Shown here piece after piece: positions 28,301 through 40,300 of a stretch of 64,000 nucleotides of DNA. The DNA is from Balanoglossus misakiensis (lineage: Eukaryota; Animalia; Hemichordata): contig CM082589.2 of NCBI GenBank assembly GCA_040954595.2, positions 3,300,213 through 3,364,212 of the forward strand. Direction: 5' to 3'. A program made the translations under genes and the position numbers. The notes below the pieces were generated by a model. It was given only the letters and a program-made list of their open reading frames with translations. It had not been told where the DNA came from and ran no database searches. Every line of letters starts with the position of its first letter. The stretch's first letter is position 1.

Positions 28301-31300
28301 ATTCATTCTCTGAAATTGCGACAGAAATATTTGTATAATGCACACAGTATACACCACAAAAACTTGTCTAATCCAAAGAATAATAACGCTAAGAAATTCA
28401 AATGCTTCTAGTCTGTCTCTCACCTGGTTTACTTGGTTTGAGTTCTCTCTCAATTTTGCGACTATTTTTGGAGCTATCAAGCCATCTATAGAGGAAAGAA
28501 AACAAAATATAAAAGGGTTACGTACTGTACACTTTTGTTTTGCTATACTGGCTGCCATATGACTCACACAAAGTGGTGTAACCCCATTGTTTTCAATGGT
28601 CTGGGTGGACCAATATTCAGAAACGTAGGGGTGAAATGGGGGTACATCACAAAAGTTGACAGAATAACTGATTGGCTCGCTTACTTTCTACACGGGAAGT
28701 ACCATTCCTCATCCGAGTCCGGATGCTCCTTGATGACAATCTTTTCCAGGAACCATCCCTCCCCGCCGATCATTCCGTCATGCCCGATGACCACCTTCTT
28801 CAGATCCATCAGCTGGACAGCTTCGATTTCAAACACGTCTTTCTGTTCCCGTAGGAATTTCTTCTCGTTGTTCTTCGACTTGTACAAGACTCTTCTCCCA
28901 CAGTCGCCGTTCTTTCCAAAGATCGTCATGTACACATTGGCATTCGTGTCCGCATTGGCCATACTGCCTGTGTAGACCTCAACGTGATATTTAACCACTG
29001 GAAACAATACAGAGATATTTCTTATCATTTCAAACCAGTTTCTGCTATATATCAGCAATGCAGAAAGAAATGTACAGTACCAAATTTTGTGAAAAAAATG
29101 TTCATTAAAGGGACAAAGTTGCAAATTTTGTTCTACTCTTTAAAATATGCTTAATGACCAGTCATTACAACTGAACTCACAACCTGTACATGGGTACATG
29201 TATAGCACGAGAATACTTCTAGGATATAATTTTATTTATGGACCAAAAATGAGATGATGGACCAAAATAATGTCAAATGTCAGTGACTTTGTCTCTTCAA
29301 ACCACACAAAGATAAAAATCATTAGCAGCATTCTTACATGGCAGAGAATCTTTGCCAGGTCTCTCTGTTGGCATCTCTCGAACAATATCAAGATCATCTT
29401 CACTTCTGGACAGCCACCTGTCGCAGTTGTGGACGAACGTGTGCTTCTTCAGTCTATCGTACATCTTGACTTCCTTCAAGAACCAGCCATCCCAGTGCTG
29501 TTCGTCGCGGTGGCTGACTCGAATCTTGTAAATGTCGCCAATGTCACCAATGTTGACCTGATAATATAATGTGGTTTAATTTCAAACCAAAATTGTTGTT
29601 ATGTCTACTACCAGAAAAGTTTAAATCAGACAGCTTTCTGACCAATCACGTTTCAGGAAACCCAAATCACACGATTCTACTTGACCAAATGCAATTTTCG
29701 TATTTCCCAAAAGTGATGATCTCACCTCAAACTGGTCAACATTCCCCGGTGAGAAATAGTCCTTCTTCGTAGCACCAAGTACAAAGGGGTCTGTGTAACC
29801 CTTGTCTCCATAGACTTCAAAATACACCTTCGCATCGCCTCTGCTCATGGAATCATCTCCTGTAGTGAAGGTGACCGAATACTGTCCCACTGCAAAAAGT
29901 AACAATACAGACATTGATGCATTTTTTACAATGTTGTGATTAGTTCCACATGGTATCAACTCTGAGGTGAAATAGCCGACTGACAAAACTCACCTGGTTT
30001 TTCTGAAGTCAACTCTCTCTCTATTTTCTTGTCATCAAGACCTTTGTCTAACCATCTGTTTGTAGAAAAGAATTATGTGGTTAGTTTATTCTGGTAATTA
30101 TACATACAGGTGACTTTTACTTGGGAGCTGTTCATTTTGTTGGCACTCTCGTATAAGTACAGGTAATGTAGAAATCATTGACTCACTTTCTACATGGGAA
30201 GAACATTTCTTTGTCACTTGCTGCAGACTCCTTGATGACAACATAGTCCAGGTACCATCCATCGCCCGGCGTTTTCCCATCATGACCAATCAGAATCTTC
30301 TTCACATCACCCAGGTGCACCGCCTCGATTTCAAACTCGTCCATCTGATTGACGTCAAACTTGTTGTCGTTGTTCTTGGACTTGAAGAGTACCCTTTTGC
30401 CGCAGTCTGCTTTCTTGCCGTACATGTTGATGAACACGTTGGCTGAAGTTTTGGCTTTCTCAAAGTCGCCGGTGAAGACTTGAATGAGGTATTTTATGAC
30501 TGGAAAGTAAATACAAAATAATTAATCTCCACTACAACTATCAGTATTCTGTTGAAATATGAAACTACAAAACTTCTTATATACTGTCTCTTGTCAAGTC
30601 ATTTTGTATATCACAATATACGTTAAACTATTGGTGGAATATTATATTAAGAAACAGAGATAAACTATGAAGAAACTTTTAGTTACCAGTTGCTAACTTT
30701 TAACGTTGGTTATTTTACACTCCCTGTTGGATCCTTAGACCCCCAATTTCTAGAAGTTGGGGCCACCAGCCCTATTGACAACAAAGGGATGAAACCTTAA
30801 TACTCTAGGCAGTAGGTAGGAATAATTGTCTGATCCCTCACCTGGCAGTGGTTCTTTTCCGGGAAGCGCCACCGGCAATTCCCTCCAAACATCCAGATCA
30901 TCCTCTTCCCGCGACAACCACCGACCGACGTCCAGCGACATCATGTTTCCGTTGTTCATGTCCCTCATCCGAACCTTGTCCAGATACCATGATGGTTCAT
31001 CACCGGTGTTGTTGTGGCCAATGCGGACTTTGAACAGATCGCCTATATTGCCAAGGTTCACCTGAAAAAAGTTAATTTTTTGTCAACAATTTGACCGTGT
31101 GATTATGTGACGTCATGTCACATACAAGGATTCTCTTTGAGACAAACAATTTTTTTTTATGTTTTATTTTACATGGTATTTATATGTTATGATGACAAAC
31201 AGTTAACTCAATTACTTTTCTCCAGATTCAAATTAGCCCAAAGGTTTCAGAAACCTTATATTTGATAGAAGGCATACTGATGACCATTGTGATCACAGAT

Positions 31301-34300
31301 TTTCAAGTAAATACATATGACTTACAAATCATTTTTGAAATCTTGAATTGTTTTTAGATAAAATTTGTTCATATATTCGACTTATAAATTACTATATAGT
31401 TTAATCAACAATGAAGGATGTACCAACTTTAGTCATGGATCGAAGTACTTTCTGAATTACCCACCTTGAATTCATCTGTATTGCCTGGATAGAAGTAGCC
31501 ATCTTTACCACTTCCCAACACAAGGGCTTCTGAGGGTCCTTTTGTGCCGTACGCGAAGAGTATCACCTTTGATGTGGTGGACGCTGACCCCTCACGACCA
31601 GTGGTCACCCAGACCAACCAATCATTGGCTGGAGAGACAAGCAGAAAATCAGAAACAAAGTTATCGTATGACAAAAAGTCTTCCTTCTTTATTCTCATGG
31701 GTGGTAAAAGTCACTTATTGCAGGTGTAATATCTGAAATTTTGGACACAAATCATTTTCAATATCATCACGTGTGAATGCAACAATGATATTGTCATTTT
31801 TTCTGCACAACATTGTGACTGATATATATTCTGATAAAAATAAATGACACTCACGTTGAATTTCTCTCTCTTCTTTGAGCAGCAACTCTCTCTCAATCTT
31901 CTTATCATCCAGGCCCTCGTCTAACCACTTATTGCACGGGAACACAAACTCCTTCTTGGCATCTTTCTTCTCTCTGATGACCACAGTCTGACAGAACCAT
32001 CCGGCACCGGGGCCTTTCCCGTCGTGTGAGATGACAACCTTAGTGAGTTTGCTGAGTGACACTGCTTCCAATTCAAAACAATCAACCTGGTAGAAAACAC
32101 AGAGACAATTCCATTAAAGTTGATTTCCAAAACGGAGGAAACTTCTCTTATAGCTTGACTACAACTCAATGCAACCCTTGAACTGATGGTTATTGTCAGT
32201 CCAACTTTTCCTCTGTGCATTCACATATATTGTATTTTGAAAAGAACAGAACTTGTAACTTCACTGTCTTTACCTGTCCTTGTTGGAAGAGGTCAGGATT
32301 GTCTGACCTGTGCAACAATCTCCTGCCTGTGTCTCCTCTGTCGCCATAGATAGAGATGTAAACATTGGCATCGGTGTCTGCACCTGGTTCATCTCCAGTG
32401 TACACCTGTATGAAGTACCTGACAGCTGAAACAAATAAGATGAGAATCATGAATTAAAGGAATACAATCCCCTTTATTTAACATATACCCATACATTTTT
32501 TTCAAGTGGCCATCCAAGAGAAAATTTGTGATTGGCCAGAAAGCACATTCTCATGGTAAATGTGGTGGGCATCTAACACCAATTGGTAGGACTCACTTGG
32601 TACTGCCTTCTTTTGTGGTCTCACCACGGCCAATTCCCTGAGAGTGTCGCCGTCGTCCTCCGACCGCGAAAACCAGCGCTGCACTTTGAACTTCAGCTGC
32701 TCGTTGGTCGTCATATTCTGCATGCGGACTTGGTTGAGATGCCAGGACTCGGAGCGTGGTTGGCTTTCTGGGAGACCCAGTCGTATTTTGTACATGTCTG
32801 TGACTCCATCAAGGTTGACCTGTTGGCCAGAGTGTATGTTCGAATCAGATCTTCCAAATCAAAGATTCTACACAGCTTTAACCCTTTCACCCCCATTTCC
32901 CTCTATAGAGATCCAACTTTGCCATAGAAAACAATGGTTTTGGACCAAAACATTGTGGTGAAAAGGTAAACCTTATACACTCTGATGAACCCCTGGCGAT
33001 ATTCCAGCATTATTCCAAGATTTCTTCCAAGCCAGACTTGAAGAGTTAAGAATGGACAGCCTTCACAAGTAAACTTACCAGGAATTCTTCTTCTCCACCA
33101 CTTTGAAGAACTTCTCCTTCTTTGCCAACACTCAGAAGCTCTGACGTTCCCTTTTTGCTGTAGGCGACCAAAGTAATTGGTAGTTTGGTTCCTTTCTTGC
33201 CAGTCTTCAACCAGATCTTCCAATCGCCATCTGAAATAGCAACACAAAAATAAGTTATTTTTCTGCTTTCATACTGATACTTTATGTACTTTAATGATAT
33301 TCATTTTTTTAATTTTAGCTGTTTAGCGTGTTTTGATTGATTTGAATTTTACCTTTGAATGTTGTTTTCTGTTTTTCGATAACTGGTGGTGATTCTGGCC
33401 TTGGTGGAGGCACCTCATCTGTTCCTTTCTTCTTTCCCCCTGTAAAAGTAAAAGATACATGTATGTTGTATGGAGTAAAATCATAGTGATGGTGGACTGT
33501 GGTACAATAAATGCCTAATAACCGGACAGTAAATGGTCTGAGAATTTTCAAAAGGTGTCTTGTTTATAGAGGTAGCTGACTAAGCAATGTTTGTGCAGGG
33601 GTTAATCCTGTGTGAATGATAATCTCTTGGAAAAACTAATCAGTGGGATTAGCTAGGGCAATTAACAGATAAGGACTGTTTCTTTAGAGATATGCACTGA
33701 TATAGCGTGGACAAACATAGAGGTATTAAGGTGGCCAAGTACCTCCACTAGCAAGCCCTGTCTCAAAGCAAATGAACAACTTTGAAAGCTGTGCATACAC
33801 ACAAACATATATAGACAGGCAGGAAGACAAACACACACACACACAGAGACACATACACAGACATACACACACACACATTAACCCTTACTCTCTGGTTTGG
33901 GTGAAGTCGGGGGTGACGGTGTCCTTATCGGGGTTGGAACCTTCAGCATGGAATTTGGGGAGAGGGGTTCGCTCTGTCCCCCGGGGGTTGGGGAGGGTGA
34001 TTTCGGTGGCAAGATGAGGGGTGAGGCTGTGGTTGAGGGGAACATTGATCCCTCCTCGTCAATTATTTCCACTAATGTCAAGCAGCATGAAAAAGTACAA
34101 GATGAATGCAAATTATACAAAAAGAAATAGCAAGCGATGGTTTACCAATCCTTTATAATGAAATGATAAAAAGCAAGCAAAACAAAAAAATCAGCAAAGC
34201 AAAAGTATCATGGTATGAGAAAGTTAATGGAGTTTTTTTTGCACACTTTCACTGCAAAATTAAAAAAAAAATTCTGAGTAAAATTCTCACCATTTTAATG

Positions 34301-37300
34301 TTAGTTATTAGAGTGTCAAATTATACAGACACAGGTCAATCATCAATCATATTTGTATTAGTAGCTTGTTACTGTTAGTTGAAATGTTGGGTATCATAAA
34401 TAATGCTGATGTCATCAACAACCGATCAGTATCACACGTATTGACATCATCAGCAAACTAAAACTATCACACAATATTTACATCTTTGATATAGCAGTGT
34501 AGGTGAAGGCTCAGGGCCCAGGGCTGGGTCAAGAGTCAAGTAGGGAATAGGACCCATGTCTAACACAGAACTTTCTCTGTCTTTCTCTATACCGACTGTT
34601 CCCATAGGCAAGCATTCAGGGGGTAAAAGTGAAATGTGAATCATTGCATTATCAATAAATATTAGTGACATGGTTTTCGAAGTTTCTCTTCTCAGAAAAA
34701 AGTTCAACTCTCATTGCTATATGACAGCTAGATGAGCACAGGTCAAAGTTATACAGCTATTTTCCTTTTTTGTGTGGAAACTTTCCCTTGCTATGTGGAA
34801 ATTCACATTAGAAATGAATGAATGAATGAACTACTGAATGAACTACTGAATGAATGAATGAATGAATGAATGAATGAATGAATGAATGAATGAATGAATG
34901 AATGAATGAATGAATGAATGAATGAATGGATGAATGAATGAATGAACAAATGGATGAAAGAAAAATACAGATCTCATATACTTACACTGAACAATCTCTG
35001 GATAGAAACGGACGTTCTTCTCGCCAGTATCCACTGTCGGTCTGGCCGTTCCATCAGATGCAAAACCAACAAAGAGACCCCTACTTTTGGCCGACTGCAG
35101 TGATATGAAACCCTTGTCTTTGGCTCTTTTGACAATTAAATGACAATCAGCATCACCGACACCCTAGAAAGTTGAAGATAGGAATAAAAGCTATCATGGC
35201 CTGTCTTCCCTCATCTATTTTGTATCATCCAAGGAGACAATTACAATTATTCTGCTATTTGTGATTACAACTGTAACGTGACTTAATTCCCACCTGACAA
35301 TCACACTGCCCATCCTTGATCCTCAGAAACTTGTTGGGAAAGGCCTCACTCTCCAGCATCCGGATCCCGCCCTCTCCCACTTTGTGGATTTTCCAGTAGG
35401 CTTCCTGGGTCCTTTTGCCGTGCGCCTGGCACTGGCCGTGCCTGTCCGCCACGAACATCTGGATCCTGGACGTGTGGAGGATGATGATGCCTTCGTCCCG
35501 GAACATTCCCTGTGGAAGTGAGTGGTGCATGGGAAGATTATACGGAAATACGGAAAGCGCATACTCTGCTTTGATGCACATTTTTAATTGATTGTAAATT
35601 CATGACAGATAGAAATTGTATTTCATATGGCTGGTGCTCAAATTGTCAATAAAACATTATGAAAAGTTTGTGGTAAACTAATAATTCATCATCAGGAATT
35701 TAGTCTCACCTTCATGTAGGTGACAAATTGTTTGGACGGTCCTAAGGACTGGCCTCGCGTGTCACCACTTCGGCCATTGGTCAGAAACGTCACAAACTGA
35801 CCATGCGTTTTCACCGACTCCAGCGTGACGCTTCTGTCTTGTTGAACGTGGACTTTGAACTCGCAATATGCACCGCCTTTGCCCTGTAGATGATGAGATG
35901 AGAGAAAAGATTTCAGATTTCCATGACTTTCAAGAAATGCCTAGTCTAGAAGAACTTTCCAGGAACACATGGACCATGCCATTAATGAAGAGACTTTTGT
36001 ACATCCATTACCTGTCCCAGTACTTTTCCGTGGTCCACTGCCAAATGATACGTCGGATTGATTACACTTCGGAACACACGGACATTGTTTTTCCTCCTTT
36101 GAACTTCAAAATGAGCTGAAAAAGAAAGAGGCCAATTATTAGCAAATGCTAAAATATTAACAATTACATTCATACATGTATACTACGTGTTATTAATTTG
36201 TGGTCACACTACAGTCAGACCAGCTGCTTAATGTTTCATCTCAGGTAATGGGAGTTCATGGATGTGTAAGATATCATAATTTCTACTGTACCGGTATGTT
36301 TCAAAAGCAACGATAGTCAGATATCTGTTGCTGGATGATCAGTTCCAGTTGTAGATCGTTGCTATACTTACAGAAAGGATCCTTTCCATCAAGATCACCG
36401 ACTGCATCGACCGTTGCATCTGCTTTGATTCGGATGGGTTTACCAGTGCCTTTACAATACAGTATGATTTGGTTTCCAGTGTTATACTTCCATTTTTCCA
36501 GCTCCCACTATGAGACAAAACAGAATGTTGAGCTGATTAAAACTGTTCATGATTCAGGATTTTATTTATTTTTCCATCTATAGTGTATTTTTCAGACAAG
36601 AACATTGAGGAAAAATACTTACCATTTCCTTTTCACTGCCTGTAAACCCAAAAACAAAAACAGATATGGAAATTAGAGTGATCAGATCATCAAATTGTAA
36701 TAAAAATAGTTCAGGAATTGTCTTGGCAAGCCAATTGTACATTTTCTGTAAAGCAAGTATGTGAAAAGTCTTGGTACAGAATTGAAACACTCACCACGAT
36801 AAGGTTTAGTGTCAAGAAAAAGTTCTCTGTACGTTTTGGAGTCATCTTCTCCCTCATCAAGCCACCTGTAAGAATCAGGGAGCATTTATATGAGCTAGTC
36901 TTGTCCATAGATATGCTAAGATTACTTTTTCAACAGATGAAATGAGCAGATCATGTGTGTACAAACTGAACAATCTTTCTGCAAATTATCATAATATCAT
37001 TACCTGTGGCATGGGAAGGTGTATTCATGAAGGCTATCTGGTGATTCCCGTATAACAACTTTCTCCAGGTACCAACCATGGCCTGCAAATGATTGATAAA
37101 ATCATACATACATGATATAGACTTGGTGTCAGCTTCTATTTAGTCATCATGAACATCTCACACATATAGTTCACATTTCTTGAAAAAAAGTTTTTTTAGC
37201 ATTAATTCACAATCAAAAACAGAGATTATCATACCTGGTTCTTTGTCATCATGGCCTATAACAATTTTCTGCAGAACTCCTAGAGACACGGCTTCCACAT

Positions 37301-40300
37301 TGAATATATCAGTCTGTCCCTTTTCAAATTTCTTGCTTCGCTTGGCCCGGTCTAGATGCCTGGGTCCAGAGTCGCCCCGCTCTCCGAACATCGTGACGAA
37401 GATGTTGGCCTGCGTGCCAGCATTCCAGTAGTCTCCTGTCACCGTGGCAACCTCGTATTTCAGGACTGTTGAGAAAGTGGTCGAAAAATGTCGAGTCTAC
37501 TTCTAATTACGTGTACAAGTAAATTAATGTGATTTTGTGTTTAAATAATGAAGGTAATGTTTGATTTCTCAGTTACATCATTAGAGATGTATTACTTTGT
37601 TTGAACTTACGTGGATGAAGTGGCTCTCCGTGACGTAACACGGCCGCTTCCCGGCAAAGCGCTCCATCGCCTTCATCTTTCGACAGCCATCTATTATGAA
37701 ATTGGAATTTCAGTTCTTCTCCAGTATGGATGTCTTGTAGTCTCACCTACAAAAAACGAAAATAATGATCATTGAAATATATGGTTGCCATTTTCCGATA
37801 TTTTGAGAGTAGTATTTTCTGGCGTCCACGCTGCCTTGGGTCCGAAAAATTCTGGGTAGGTGAGAGAAGGCTAAGGATGCGTGTGGTTGACATGATGAAT
37901 CTGTATTATCTGATTGAGTCATCCTGTTTCATTGATGGTAATATTGGCTCTGGTTTAAAACCAGGTGTAGTAACTACTATGTTCCAATGGCCGATGCTAT
38001 GGTACATGTACGTGAAATTCTAAATGGTCACTTACCTCATCACAAAGCCAGGAGGATGATTCACCGCTGTTATCATGACTGATGCGTACCTTGTAAACAT
38101 TGCCAATGTCCCCTAATGATAACTGTAACGAAAAACGACAAAACAGTGGTTGATTTTTGTGCTGGTTAATTGTCTTGTGGTGACCAAACTGTTTCGTTGT
38201 GGGATTTTCAGGAAATAAAGAAAATTTACTTCAGAAATGAAATGGTTCTCCCCTAAGTCCAACTTACTGTAAATTCATCAGTATTTCCTGGACGGAAGAG
38301 TGGACCGTCGTCCCCTGAATCTTCCAATGGTAATGGTCCTGGGTTGCCTTTTGATCCATAGACAGTAAGGAAGACTGAAGCGTCTGTTCCGGCTGATGGA
38401 TCTTCATTGGTTCTCACAAATGATTTGTATTTTCCTTCTGAAAAGTCAATCATCAATGTATAATAAAAATTGTGATTTATTGTTTATATGAAAATACTGA
38501 AGCTGTATATACTTCTACCACTTCAACTATTTGAAAAAAATAAACAAACTTTAATGAGAGGGATAGTATGTAGACCCTGTCACCACTGGATTGTGGTTTT
38601 AGTCAAATTGTTATCTACATTATATTGTACATGTATGGGCTGTGGTTGGACCCACAAACACAGAAATGGAGATGATAGGGTTTTTGGTGCCTGTTAGAAG
38701 TGATGGACCAAATTACGAGAAGTGTTCAGAAATACACCTGAGAATTTTTTACCTAAAATGAAATAAAGTCACAACTTGTGAGATGTATATGAAGTTTTCT
38801 AGCTCTAACTTCAATCATTTCTAAATTCTATATTGCTCAGTGTAAGCTGAATAAGATTCATAGAGGCTAGTCATAGTAATTCTATTATATTTTGTGATGT
38901 TACTATTATTAAGGCTCTTTTACCAGAGGGTTAATACAAACAACTGACACATGTAGTTACCTATGTTTACCACAGTATCATGACTGGGTTTTGATTCACC
39001 TGTGAAAAATTCAACAACAGTTTATAAAGTATGACATGGTTCTTCTTTGACATGTCATCAACTTGATCAAGCGCTGTAAATCGTGTGGAAAATGTTATTA
39101 GTGTCATTGTCAGAGCAGACTAAAATTTAGCCAACAATTGGGAATGTGATGATTTGGGAAACAGCGGGAGGCTTTTGCTTAGCTTCCGAAAACTTTTATA
39201 CAAATGGAATCTATCACAACGTGAAGTTAAGATTTTGCATGTTGTCTTGTTCAATGAACTGTGCTGAATTGGTGGTCACAAACCAATGTGATAATTGGAG
39301 CATGATCATAAATACTGTTGCCAGTTGATCGATTCCAGTTGTATAAAGACCTCAGTTCTACAACCAATACCAACTATCTGTCACACTTACTGCTTCTCCT
39401 CTGAGGCCTGTGTTCGTCTCTCTTGGGTTTAGGCTTTGGTTTGAGTGGAGGTCTGACAGGGACTGGTCCGTAGTGCTTGGGTTTGAACTTTTCTCTGCTT
39501 GCTGCTACAAATATAGTGTCCGGCCAGTTAAAGATGGCTGATAAACTCTCCACCTGGGATGGAAAAATAAAATGGAATATAAATAGACTCTCTTCAAACT
39601 TCCTTTCACAGCAGACCGTTTTTGAGTAGTTTTGAACTAATAAGAGTCGCTTCTAAGAGCTGTGGTCGATAAAATGCTGAGCATGCAATAGAAATGCTGC
39701 TAGATCAGGTTGGAAACAACAATTATTTTGCAAAAAATGCTGTTTAATACTGAAATAGTACAACTTAAATGTTGTAACTACAAAAAAGTCTACCCAACAA
39801 CACTACCACCAAAACAGTACTGTGGCAACAGACAACGTACGCACAAGGCTGTAGATTAATTATACTCCAGCAGACAGTTCAAAATATCTTTTAATATTTT
39901 TTGTGAAATATGACACTCTTTGGCGACAGCTGGTACATCTTATTTCCAGCAATGCTTGAATATATGTATTTCATGGATGAAATGGCAATGTATCCAGCCT
40001 TATTTTTCATTCTGTGACATTTTCATCAGGGACGATGTTGTATCACAAATGAAATATTAATTTATAGGCTTGTTGAATAAAACATAAACCGGTGATTAAT
40101 GATTAAATTTACATCGAAATACACACCATGGTGGAGATGGTTTTTGAAATTTTCCCCGTCAAATTTAAGTACTGCTACAATCATTTTACACAGTACGTCA
40201 CATACCTATAAATTATTTCAAGTTTCTGAGAGACAGACCCCTGCCTGATTCATTTGAGTTTGTTAAAAAAGAATAGAATTCCAGTTCTTCATATTATAAC

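Noticed and set aside
7255-33230. Calling the PLAT array a separate LOXHD1 gene
   Set aside because: The exons stay in phase with the upstream trefoil and DCX exons, and no independent start or intervening stop was found.
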